Below are positions 11,231 through 23,311 of a stretch of 64,000 bases of DNA, one piece after another; the first letter of the stretch is position 1, and every line of letters begins with the position of its first letter. Source of the DNA: Amphiscolops sp. MND2022 (lineage: Eukaryota); the NCBI GenBank assembly GCA_964187785.1, contig OZ076409.1:52578001-52642000 (forward strand), in the 5' to 3' direction. The notes beneath the pieces are model-generated. The model was not told the origin of the DNA and did not search any database. It saw only the letters and a list, made by a program, of their open reading frames with translations. Made by a program: the position numbers and the translations under genes.

Positions 11231-11752
11231 ATGAGTGAAAAATTGTACCCATGTTTACAACAAGATCAGAATCTTGATCTTAGAATAAAAGAAATAAATA
11301 GTTTTAATAATTCAATTCAAAATATAAAAAATATTCAAAATTTTTATAATCATGAAGCTAAAAAGTATAAAAAGAAATCTAAAATATTCAAGCTTATAAA
11401 TGGTTTAATTCAATCTATTGATGGAGTTTTATTATTGGGTGTTTCTTCAACTGCTATCACATTAAGTGTTACCGGAGTTGGACTTATTGTGGTACCAATA
11501 GCGAGTGGTATAGGTGCAGGAGTATCCATAATCAGTAAAATTCTTAACGAATACCTGAAAAGAAAAGAACAACACAATATTAAAAAATATACTCTTGCTG
11601 GTAGAACACTACATGATTTCTGTAAACTACATTCAAAATGTTTAGAAGACAATAAAATTGATCTGAATGAATACAACAAATTGAAACAAATTTACGATGT
11701 GTATAAAAACAATAAAACTAAACTAAATTCTGAGTTTACTTTTTTAGGATAA
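11231..11752 (+). CDS. Polinton putative membrane protein with a Gly-rich hydrophobic hairpin
   Basis: GVLLLGVSSTAITLSVTGVGLIVVPIASGIGAGVSIISKIL flanked by basic helical regions. Confidence 0.7.
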   Translation: MSEKLYPCLQQDQNLDLRIKEINSFNNSIQNIKNIQNFYNHEAKKYKKKSKIFKLINGLIQSIDGVLLLGVSSTAITLSVTGVGLIVVPIASGIGAGVSIISKILNEYLKRKEQHNIKKYTLAGRTLHDFCKLHSKCLEDNKIDLNEYNKLKQIYDVYKNNKTKLNSEFTFLG

Positions 11753-11820
11753 AATTCTTTAGTAAAAATAATATAAATATAAATTTTGAATCATCATCAT
11801 GAATATTTATTCTTATTTAA

Positions 11821-13065
11821 ATGGAATTCTTTTCATTGAAAAATAAATATGCTATGGATAAACCTATTCATAAAATTGATTTCAATAAATACTCACCTAG
11901 TAGTTTAGCTACAATTAATAATAGTAATTCAAATATTTCCATCATCTTCCCAAGAGAAGATGCATATATTTGTTTACAAAGCTCATACATATCATTAGAA
12001 TTTGAAGTTCTTAAAAATGATGATACAAGATATGCAGATGGTGATCAAATAAGCTTGGTCAACTCTGGACCCGTTGCTTTATTTAGCGAAGCTAAGTTAA
12101 CTACTAGTTCGGGCAAGCATTTAGAGAAAGTTGATAATCTACACCCAATTTCATTGATGTATAAACTTTTAACATCTAATCAACAAACAAGTCAATTGAT
12201 GTACGGGTTTGAAGAATCACAAGCAACTAGAAGACAAGAACTAACAAACAATAAAACAGAAAAAGGAACCTTTTTTGTTAGAATAAAATTAACTGATATA
12301 TTTGGATTTGCTGATCAAGAAAAAATAACTTATGGATTGGGTTATACTCTAACTTTAAAACGAAATAATATTAACGACCCTATCATCAGGGACAACGGTG
12401 TAGATGCTGCAAAAATAAATATAAAAGACATTTCCTGGTATATTCCACACTACACGCCATCAATGGAAAACCAACAACTCGTGATGGATCAAATACTAGA
12501 CAAAGATCCAACTGAACTGTATTATATTGAACGAGTTGTTTTTAGAAAAGATGTTAACACGAATAATAATTGGACATTTGAATTAGGTAATAGTGGAGAA
12601 TCAACACCAACTTTTGTAGTTGTTGGCTTTCAAGCTAGAAATAAAATTGATTCACAAACACATGCTAATGCAATATTTGATCGTTTACCTGTTTCAAATG
12701 CTGTTTGTAAAATAGGATCAGAAAAACATCCCGATGATGGAATGGAATGTGATTATGATAGAGACAAATATGATCAAGCATACAGTGAAATTGAAAACTT
12801 TTATTTGTTAAAAAGTGAAACTAATCTACTCAATCCGTTTATTGATATGCATAAATTCAGGACAAATTATAATTTTTATGTATTTGACTTATCCAAACAA
12901 AAAGATAATATTGCCAGTCAACCAATTAGATTAGAATTTAAATTTAATGCTGCCATTGATGTAGCAGATTATATAGCTTACGCCCTAGTCCTAACACCTA
13001 AACTGATAAGTATCAGCAGTGATGGACGAAGGCATTTTGATTTATTAGAATTAAATATAATTTGA
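11821..13065 (+). CDS. Major capsid protein (double jelly-roll type), intact ORF
   Basis: 414-aa beta-rich ORF with C-terminal PTFVVVGFQ and YNFYVFDLSKQ...IRLEFKF segments resembling Polinton MCPs; size and context fit. Confidence 0.8.
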   Translation: MEFFSLKNKYAMDKPIHKIDFNKYSPSSLATINNSNSNISIIFPREDAYICLQSSYISLEFEVLKNDDTRYADGDQISLVNSGPVALFSEAKLTTSSGKHLEKVDNLHPISLMYKLLTSNQQTSQLMYGFEESQATRRQELTNNKTEKGTFFVRIKLTDIFGFADQEKITYGLGYTLTLKRNNINDPIIRDNGVDAAKINIKDISWYIPHYTPSMENQQLVMDQILDKDPTELYYIERVVFRKDVNTNNNWTFELGNSGESTPTFVVVGFQARNKIDSQTHANAIFDRLPVSNAVCKIGSEKHPDDGMECDYDRDKYDQAYSEIENFYLLKSETNLLNPFIDMHKFRTNYNFYVFDLSKQKDNIASQPIRLEFKFNAAIDVADYIAYALVLTPKLISISSDGRRHFDLLELNII

Positions 13066-13177
13066 ATATATAATAATACAGCTTTGCTGATATATAATAA
13101 ATAAATTTATTAAATAATGTTTTTATTTTTATAAAATGATAATAATTATAAATAAATTTATAAAAATTTTTTTATTT

Positions 13178-16100
13178 CTATAAAACATGTGCTCGATCAC
13201 TTATCAACTTCACAAGTTGTTGATGGGTGAGTGCTTGTTTCCAATTCCAAACATTGAAATAAATTTCTTCATCTGTTTTCTTGCTACCGTCAACATTTAT
13301 AGTTAAATCTTTATAATACAAACCAATTAATTTCAAACAATATATACAAGGACAATCGCCTTTTTGAGTAAGTTTATCCCATGGTAAACTTTGTATTGAA
13401 TTTATATACAAACGTTTATCGTCAAAAGGATTCAAACACAACTTAGGTTGTTTTTCAACTGTAAGGTTGTGTAAATTAGATTTAATTGATATATTTGTAG
13501 AACTTGATGTTTCTGAATTAAACAATGAATTCTGATGTTCTTCACATTTGGGAGCTTTTTGTATTCCTTTTTGTTTCGCTTTTTGAATGTTATTATTGTA
13601 ACTAAAAGAATATGACTTTGATCGCAATGCTGTGAAGGTATCTAACACCAAAACTGGACTTGTTTCAATTTTCATTTTTCCTATAACTTTCTTGTTAATA
13701 GGATCATATAATTCATGAGATTTGTGTAATTCACTGAAATCAAATTCATCTTTGTTTTCTTGTAAAAAGTTTATTAGTTCTTGGTGGTTTGTCTCAAAAC
13801 TAAGTATGAAAGAATCAGTATCCATGTAGCGTAGTTGTATGGATTGTTTCCAATATGGTTGTAATTTGTTATAATAAAATTCATACATTAATAGTTTTGA
13901 TAGTTCTAAAACTGTAAAACCTAAACAAATTGGTTAATCAAAGACTGTTTTTTCTTTATCAAACTTGTACACACTAAACTTAGAATAATGATCCACAATG
14001 CCTTTGAAACTTAACTTGGATTGTCTTGTTATTATTTGGTCTGTTTGAGAATGATCAATGAATTCTAGATTGGTTCTATCTCTTACATTTTCCATAGTCT
14101 TCCCAAAGAAAGCATTATTCATTAATTTATATAGATCCTTTTCAAAGTTTGTTTTCGCTACTGTGCGTTTCTGAGTATTATGATCGATATATTTACCTAA
14201 CCATGGACTTTGTTTAAACTTATAGATAGTATGTATCTTCGTTACTTTCATCCCTTGGTTAAGATAAAACTTAAACATCCTATAATGTATCATATATTTC
14301 GATTTATTGGTTACATCACACATAAGTTTTGATGTTGGTTTGTAATTAGGTTGATTTACATTATTCATATAAGCTGAGAATAAGTCTGGATCTGCTTTTG
14401 TTTGATACGGACAAAAAGGAAAGTTTTTTGTTTTTTCTTTAATTTCAACAGGATATTCTAAATCACATTCTATAAAGAATCCATATTCATTATCATCAGG
14501 TATTTGTAACAAATCTTCTACTAATTGCTCTAAATTGTAATTACACGGATTAAGAGGTAATATTTCGAATTCGCCAGTAGGATGATATTGACTCATTGCC
14601 CATCCATATAGATTATTTGCATCGATATATAAGATTTGTTTATTTTCATCAGATTGCACGTGACGATCTCCCATTACACTTGAAATTCCTCCACGGATAT
14701 TATTTTCAAGTAATAGTAATAATTCTTTATCTTTTATAAAGTCTAACTTTATATTAGTCAACTTCAATCCTGCTTTCCATGTATAACCAGGTAGAGAGTA
14801 ACTATACAAAGGATTAATTTTATATTCTCGTGTAGAACTTTCCACAAAGTTTTCAAGTACATCAGCTAATTGAAGAACATCCATTTTTAAATATAACATT
14901 GTTAATTCTCTTCCATTTTCAATTTTATTTTTATCAATTAATTCTTGGGTTCTTTTTATATCATCATCTGATGGATAAGATTGTGTTAATGTTGACCAAT
15001 AATCTTCTTTAGTTAAATTTAATGGTTCCCGAAAGTTATCAAGATTTAAGTCTTCATAAGGATAAGCCAATTTCTTTTTAAATAATTTGTCTTTAAATCC
15101 ATTTTCATCCATTATAGGCAAGTTGTCTAAACTCCTAACTAATTTATCTAAACTACTACTTAGAAAACGGTATGAATATAAGAATCTCAAACAGCCTATT
15201 TGAACTGATACATAACTTTCTACTGACTTTGGGATTGTTTTTGGTTCATACCCCTTTTCGAAAGCTTGTATTAAGAGTTCTTCAAATATAAGATGACAAT
15301 CATAACCACTGAAATTATGGAAAAATATAGGAACAAAACTTGATGACCTTTGCTGGCTTTGTATGTTACATATATTATGAGCTGCTCCTCTGTATTTTCC
15401 TGTTGGATGATCATGATCTCTAACCTTAGTATCATCGAGTGGATTTTCACAAAGCCAACACTCTTCTGCTTGTTCAAATTGTACTTCTTCTTCTTGACTC
15501 ATTTCTAATTCTAAATTTGTTTTAAAATATTTATTTGCTTCTTGTTCTAATATTAACATTTCCTTCACAAACCATTCGTTACAATCTGTTCCAAAGTATG
15601 AATTATACTTGTTTCCAAATGGTGAAGTTACATAAAAGCCTACTGCAATTGGAATTTGTTTAAATAATACTTTGGGGTCTTTTCGAGGTTGATTAATACA
15701 TTCAAAATCCGCATATACTCTTATTGATACAGGAACTTTCATATAATAATCTTCAAACTTTAACTGATTCTTCCAACTGAATGTGATATTAGTTGGTTGT
15801 TGTTTTATACATCTTTCTATGTGGTTGTTTAGAACATCGTTTGAATAAAATGCAGTAAAACATCTTCTACAAACATGTTTCATGTGTGAATCTTTATTTA
15901 TTAAACAATGTAACTTTGTAATTGAACAATAGTGATTTTTATATAACATTAAATCAATTTGTGGTTGTTTGTAATTTTCGTTAATATAAATTGGTTTTAA
16001 AACATTTCCAGTGAGTTCAAATACATTTATACCATGACCTCTGATATTCAATTTATTACGTCTTTCAAATTTGGGAATGTCTTTGACTTTCATAGGCAAT

Positions 16101-16939
16101 TCTAAACCTTGTATATTAAGATTATTTTCATACATTAAATAATTTGATGTTCTATCTTTATGATCCTCAACAGGATATAAATATGCTAGGATACACCATA
16201 AAAAACAATATTGATCATTATTCTTTATATTTATAATTGATTTACTATCCTTATATTTTCCTGGTAACTCAATGTATGAAGATGCTTGAATATCTCTAAC
16301 TTTATATATTTCTAATATAACTTCTTCTACTTCTTGAAAATGAAAACCTGATCCTTCTAATTGTTCATCATCTATTTTCTGCATTAATTTGTTATGAATT
16401 TCTTGTTGCATACTATTGTTATATATTAAATCTGATTTTATCCATCTTTTAAATACTTCTTCTTCTCCATTGACTATTTTTGAAAATTTAGCTAGATAAC
16501 TCAATTGATATTTATATCGGGGAAAATAACTTTTACTAAGTAATTCATTTATGTTATGTTCAAGATTTTCAGTTGGATTTACTTTCAGTTTAATGTATGT
16601 GTTTTCGTTCATAATTATATTTACTCCATTACCGAAATCTGTAATACAGCTTCGCTGGCTTTGCATACCGTTTTGTTGACGGTTTTGTAAATGAAATTCA
16701 CTTTGGAAATGTCTTGTTTTATCTGTTATATAATTACCACATTCTTCACACCATACTTTTTCATTTTTATTTTTGTGTTCATCTGAATTTAAATGAGAAC
16801 TTTTATCTGAGATATTCATATATAAATTACATGAGTTACAATAATATTGCCCCAATTTTTCTTGATGTTTTACTGATTTGTTATGAGCTAATTTGAAAAC
16901 TTTTTTATAATATAAACCACAAATCATACAATATTCCAT
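13178..16939 (-). pseudogene. Protein-primed family B DNA polymerase, one in-frame stop at 13934-13936
   Basis: ExoI YADFE, ExoII HNFSGYD, motif A YIDANNLYG, motif B KLMNNAFFGK, motif C YMDTDS. The two ORFs are in frame across TAA. N-terminal Zn fingers and an EndoVII-like insert are present. Confidence 0.95.
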
Positions 16940-18179
16940 TTCTATTTATTAAAGAAAAAATAGTATAATTAAAAATTTTTCAATTATGATTTTTCAAAAA
17001 ATTGGTGAAAAGTATTTTAGTTTTGTGGTGTAAAGGTATTAAAATTTGCCACAGATTTGAATGATAAATATTTCATTTAGGAAAATTTTTATAATCTGTA
17101 ATCAGAAACTCAAGACCTTTCTAATGATGTATCACACATGGTAATATCTTGAACTTTTATAATCTCTACATGTTTAAGGGTTTCAGATTTTTCGAAGTTT
17201 CAGTTGGTATACATTTGTACTAGGTTTTCGAATTGTACCTAGATAGATAGCCCTTGTCAAGACCTTTTCAAAAGTATATTATACTTTGTTGTAACTCAAA
17301 TATTCGTTGAGTTATGGCTTTTTTCTTGACCTATTAGTAATCTCTACATGTTTAAGAGTGAAAGTCTGAATGGAAAAAGTTGCCACTTGAGTGCTTTTCA
17401 AGTAGTTTTTGACCCTTTAATCTTTTTCAAAATCATTTTTCTCGAAAACTATATTAGGTAGAAATTTGAAATTTTCAGGGTAAACTACTCAGGGTATGAG
17501 CTAATGATTGGAACCGAGACCGCCAAACTCCGACTCTTACCATGGTAAGATGCTAAGGGCTATCCTTAAACATGTGGAAATTGGGTATAGCAAAGAAAAA
17601 ATCCATTTTTCACACTCGTTTTAACGCCTGGTAATCAATGGGTAGATTGTATAGCTCAGAAAAAAATGTGCGTACCTTTTGATTATTGAAATAAATCGAG
17701 TATACATTTTACCACCCCCAAAACAATATATTACAACTATTGCATCAAAGTCTCTTTGCCTGTTTCATTCCTTCGACCATTCTGTTTGCTGTGACTGTAG
17801 AGAGAAAAGTGAAAAATGAAATTTTGGTGCATTCCGAATGCACCTCAAGGTCAAACGACCGTCTGGTGCGTGAAATTCTGCTTGAAATTTATATGGTGGT
17901 AATTTTTCCAACAGTTGTGGTGTCCACTTGTGCGCATCAGTGAATTTATCCATAATGAAAAATGTGTTCATCAATTTTTATATATAATTTTTTAATGGCT
18001 AAAAATGAAGAAAAAAACTCGTTTTCAATTGGGACACTTGTGTTTTCTACTTGAACGCATTTGCTAAGTATTCATTTTTTCTTCACGATGTGGTAATAAT
18101 TCTATTATACGTCGATGGAGCTTAGTTCAATTTTTGTTTGTGACAAATGTTTCTTTGGAAAATTTGTGCATCGATTTTT

Positions 18180-18412
18180 ATTTTGTTAATTTTTTAGTTG
18201 TGAAAAATGACTAATTTTTAGATGGTTTACCTTGGTTATTTTTTAACAGTTAGTTGTGAAAAAAAAACGTTAATTTTAGATGATTTGCTTTGAAAAAATG
18301 TTATTTTTCAATAATTTTTATTACGGAAAAAAACGTTAATTTTAGATGATTTTGGTTTTTTTGATGTTATTTTTTATTTTTTATGGGCGTATATCGGGAA
18401 ATAGCCTACTAC
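18180..18412 (-). repeat. Polinton right terminal inverted repeat
   Basis: Ends ...GGGCGTATATCGGGAAATAGCCTACTAC, the reverse complement of the left TIR. Confidence 0.95.
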
Positions 18413-18583
18413 AATTCCTAATGGACGGCGTGTCCAATTTCCTCAGTCAAGCGGGACTGTCTTGGGAGAGTGTTGTAGTGGTTAGTTATAAGAGATCGAA
18501 TACAAGTTCCCATTGCATGCGGCAGCCTGCGACATCTCCAGTACAGGCGGAATGCTCTAACCACTACGACATTGCTCCCGCTA
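18410..18583. repeat. ~170-bp direct repeat, right copy, abutting the right TIR
   Basis: Same orientation as, and near-identical to, 4005-4173. Confidence 0.95.
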
Positions 18584-19290
18584 AACATAAGACTCGAAAA
18601 CTGCTTTTACCATACTCGGAATACCAAAAAATTCAAACTTTGGATACATTTTTTCGAATTGTTCTCATTTGTTCTCGTTTTGAAAAGTCTCATTGTGCTA
18701 TAAAAAAACCCAAAAGAAAACCCTCTAGGTTCGCAATAATCATTTTTCTAAATAAAAAATTTTTTAAAGATTTGGGCACCCTTTGAGAATTGAACTTTTC
18801 TCGAAAAAACTCACGCCGTGCAAAAAAACCGTAGGTTTTTTCTCACAGGTAATGAGAAAAATCTCATCAGTCCCACGGGACATGAAAATGACCAAAGTTG
18901 TTACCCTTAAAACTTTGAAACTTTCAAAACTTTTGAACACCTCAAAAAATTGAAAATTGAATAGGAATTTTTTTCGAGAGCTTTTGATTTGTTTCCATCA
19001 TTCTAAAAATGCAAATGGGCTGCAATAAAAAAAAAGAAAAAATGCCGCAGAGTACCGAAAAACCAAAGGAGGGCCCTTTGGTCTTTCCTCTAACTTTGCA
19101 AGCACTTCGTTTAGTGTGGGACTCACCTTGAAATTCGCGTGAACCACTGGGCCAAAAGGCCGCGGGACTTTTAAATTCAACTCCATTTAAATTTATTATT
19201 CCACTTGAAGTTTATAAAAGTAGAAGCTTCACAGTGGTAGGAGAAAAATTGGTACTGTCAAAGTCGTGCACTTTTTTCAAAAAGCGATAA
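18584..19290 (+). mobile_element. Diverged non-autonomous repeat resembling the DINE/HINE-like family at 35799 and 54446
   Basis: Shares the AAAGGAGGGCCCTTTG motif and a terminal ACTGTCAAAGTCGTGCAC...AAAAGCG segment. Confidence 0.4.
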
Positions 19291-20356
19291 ATAAATAAAA
19301 ACAAAAAACTCGAGTCCGATAGTTTGTTTTAAATATTGAGTCCTCAAGCAATTTTTGATGTGCTTCATTTTGACGACGCTTCTTATTTTCTTTCGATCTT
19401 ATTTTCATTATTAGTTATTTTTTGGTTGTTCCACGTATTTGGGTGTTGGTAGGTACTGGAAGAAGTTCTGAGCAACGACCTTCAATTTTCCTTTGACGTT
19501 GCCTCAAGTTTTACCTTTCAGCAATATTGTCAGCTTGAAAACTTCTAACGGATACCCGGGACTACAAAATTCTCTTGAAAGCGCTACAATGTTAAATCAG
19601 CATCGAAATTTTCCGTTTGAAATATCACTAGAAAAGAGTTGATGCTAGATTTTTCAGCTGGTAAAATTGACAAAAAATTTTCGTTTGTATCGATTTCAAA
19701 CAATTTACATGCATAAAGTGTTTCAAAATAGCAACGATTATAAAATGAAAATGATTTTTGAGAAAACATCATAAGGAAACATTGTCCTCTTGTTTTTCGA
19801 ATTCCCATTTTATGACACTTTCAACTTAAATTTGGAGATGAAAGAATGCAATTGAATCAATTGACTGATGACCTCGCATGAAACAATGTTCGAAGTTGCA
19901 GCTGGCATTCAGGAAATGGCATCATCGCATAATTCTGTTTGACGTCATTTCCGCAATATCACGTTGAATAGACAGACTCACACAAAAGATTGCTCACTGA
20001 AAAAATGCTCACTGCAATTATTATCGCCATTGAATCTCTCTAAACTTTGTAGGAATTTGGTTATAATCCATTTGCAGAAGCAAACAATTCGAATAGTTTC
20101 ATTTACATTAAGCTTGACATTTGGTCAAAATTCCATGCCACACGTGCCTCAAGTTACGTACAGATTGAACTATGCAACATTTATAGAACTAATTTACCAA
20201 CTAGATAGTAAACATTCACTAATACAAGAAATATCAAATACTTTCAAAACTTTGCTTCGGATTAATCGATTGGGCTTTCGAATTTATCTTCATCATTAGG
20301 AGAACTAAACGCATATCTGAAACTATACAAATTCTCTACTCGATTCACGATAAAAC

Positions 20357-21842
20357 ATGGACTGTTTTACAGGGCTTGTAAGTTTCCTGTTTTTTATATT
20401 CACCGCCATAGTATGTGTGGTAGGGCTGGGTATGATAGGAATCGCTTCCTATTGGATGGTAGAATACGATTATATCAATGAAGCAGCAGACACTAACTCA
20501 TTGTCTTATGTCTCAATTGCAGTCATCGTTCTGGGTTAGCACAATTATTGTTCATGTACAGGGAATTTAAGGAGTCAACTTCTTTGCTTGATAAGTTTTG
20601 AGTATTACTTTTTGCTTTTGATACTTCACATATTCAAAAGTTAAGTTTGCTTTTCATCATAGGACAAGAACGTATGTTATCGAAAACGTAGGTCAAATTA
20701 CACAAAAAATTGGCGCTCATCAAAGGAAAAACGTTATCAAGTGAAGCAATCCTTAAACTTTTAGATACATATTTTGAATTTTTTGAAGTTGAAAATTGCG
20801 AAATAACCTTGAATAGTTACCGTCACAAATTTAAAAGTGTTATATATTGTTAATCTTTACTGAGGAAAAAATTGGTAGAATAAATGTATGATTGACTCAC
20901 AATGATTGACTGTTTTCACAGGTGTGGTCCTGTTTTTCATGGGCCTGCTGGGTAGCTGTGGCACGTGCAAGAAGAGCAAGTGCATGCTTTACCTTTTCGC
21001 AGTGTTCCTGTCCGTGATTGTGATTGCTCAACTGGCTCTCTGCATCTATGCCTTCGTGGAGCGGAATGACGCAGAAGATCAAATCAAGAAAGGCCTCCAT
21101 AAAACGGCTGTTAGCACCCTAACTAGCTATTTTTTCAGAAAATTATGATTATTTTAGGACACTATCTATTTTTTTCGTCAAGATTCAATGTAGTATAACA
21201 TTGGATTTATAAGCAAAAAAATAGTGTCTTTAACAGTCGCTGAGGTCAAAGGGCTGTAAAATTTGAAAACCATTGCATTGATTAACTTTCAAGTCAATTA
21301 CTCGTTTTCTTTTATCGACAATACGCATAAGTTGCAAATTCATAATTCCTCTCCATTCGGCTTGTTTATATGATTATTTGGAAATAAAAGAGACATGTCT
21401 GTTATTACATCACATTTTTACATTTCAATTTTCATTCCAGGAGCAGTACCTGACGGACAAGAACATGATGAAGGCCTGGGACGAAATTCAATCTGACATC
21501 AAATGCTGTGGTTCCTGGGACGGCGCCAATGATTGGTCAGGAATCCTTGTTGTCAATTCTGTCCCTAAATCTTGCTGCATGAACAAGGCTTGCAAAGCAA
21601 CAGCTTATGAATGCAAAGCAGCTGACGGGTCCGAAAACACAGTGGACGCCCAGTGTGTTCAAAACACGGTCGTTAACATTTACTCTGAAGGCTGTGGGAA
21701 GAAAGTTGTCGACACTGTTAAAGATAACCTTGTCTTGGTGGCAGCTTGTCTCCTGGTTTTCGTTTTCCTCCAATGTTTGGGAATCTTTTCTGCTATTTTG
21801 ATCGCAAAGTCCTCCGGAAGAGATTCACCTCAGTATGCATAA
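20357..21842 (+). CDS. Tetraspanin (host gene), 3 exons: 20357-20534, 20922-21109, 21441-21842; 255 aa
   Basis: GT..AG introns with consistent phases (1, 0). Four hydrophobic helices, GLLGSCG, large-loop CCG, PKSCC and EGC motifs. AATAAA near 22225. Confidence 0.93.
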
Positions 21843-22259
21843 ACTGCTGCTCTATTCTTCATTCAGCAGATGCTTTTGGTGGAAAGCCTCATATCAAAAA
21901 GTACTCATAAAAGATGCCATATTTACATAAATAATTTAGAGTTCCTGGACACATTTACCTCTCTTTTGAAATTTTTCAAAGTTTTGTTTCCATTTCAATT
22001 CAATCAAGGCTCTGAATCACGTTTTGTGAACATTCAACTTTAGGACGGAATATCATAAAAATATCGCACTTTCTGCGATAATTTTCTTTTGACCAATGAA
22101 AAACTTTCAAAGGCTTCAAAAGTATCTAAATCAAAACGGTTTGTATCGAAGTGGTTTTCACTTGTGAAAATCTACCAGATTGTGTACAAAAGGTGACTTC
22201 AAACGGGTTCCCATGGTACAGCCTAATAAAAACAACTATGGACACTATTTATATGCACA

Positions 22260-23311
22260 CCCGGGTCGACCCTCCATGGATATCTTAGTAAGATCTTGGC
22301 AAGATCTTGCCAAGATCTTGGAAAATTCTTAGCTAAGATCGTGACAAGATATTGCCAAGAATTGCAAGATGCCATGGTAAGATCTTATCAAGAGAGCCAT
22401 GTTTCCAAGAAAAATCTTACTAAGAAGCCCAATATGGCAAGAAAAATCTAACTAAGAAGCCCAATATGGCAAGAAAAAAATTGCTACGAACTGCTCGATA
22501 TCGAGAAAAAGTAAAATCAGAAAACCATTAAATTAAGAGTTATGCAAAAATAATCTAGACATCACTCTGATTGAACAAAATTACTGAATGATTTTTACAA
22601 CCATTTCGATATCGATTTTTTTTCAATTGCAAAACTGTCCCCAACAACGGCGTCAGATAAGCCTTGAGCAGTCATTACCCCAAATAGAGCAATGACCGCC
22701 GTGTCTAGCAGTAATAAGGCTGCCAACTAAACAGGCTCAAAGAAAGCTGGAAATATGATTCTTGCAAAATTTTCAGGATTTTAAGGTCTTTCCTTTGTAA
22801 CTTTCCGATAGTGGATCTAGACGTTTGAGAGCATATTTCTCCGTCTCTGGAATCGACAGGAATGATAAATTACAAGTTTTGAAAAGCCCTCGAAATTACC
22901 TTTCATTTGGTACATTCGGCATTTTTCAGTCTTAAACAGGCGAGGAATTATTAGGATTCTCGTCAAATTTTCTGAAGCCAGACTACGTTATCGTAATTTT
23001 TCACGCATTTTTGCATGCAAAATTTTTTCAGCAGGTTTAAGCATTTTGATTATGAAAACGAGTAGAAATAGTCGTTGTTGGGTGAAATGAGCCTTTAGAT
23101 TGAGTCTCGGCTGCTTGTACCGAAGGTATAGTGTTTTTTAATAATCTTAAAATTTTGTCCATCGTGATAAGATACGATCTTGGAATAAGTATCATCTTAG
23201 TAAGATCTTAATAAGAATCTTGCCATGGGATCCATGGCTGCCAAGATGTACTAAGAATTTGGCAAGATCTTGCCAAGACAGCCAAGATGCTAGTAAGAGG
23301 GTCAACCCGGG
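22260..23311. mobile_element. Non-autonomous CMC/EnSpm-like DNA transposon (MITE), copy 1
   Basis: TIR CCCGGGTYGACCCTC, subterminal TCTTGCCAAGA repeats, 2-bp TSD CA. Confidence 0.85.

Larger units (their letters stand above)
4173..18412. mobile_element. Polinton/Maverick (adintovirus-like endogenous virus), full length, decaying
   Basis: TIRs starting AGTAGTAGGC, plus pPolB, rve integrase, adenain protease, packaging ATPases, and major and minor capsid genes. Confidence 0.96.

Noticed and set aside
3999..18589. Conventional TSD outside the direct repeats
   Set aside because: The flanks TTTCAA and AACATA do not match.
18346..18786. 146-aa ORF
   Set aside because: Spans the TIR, the direct repeat and an unrelated repeat; chance open frame.
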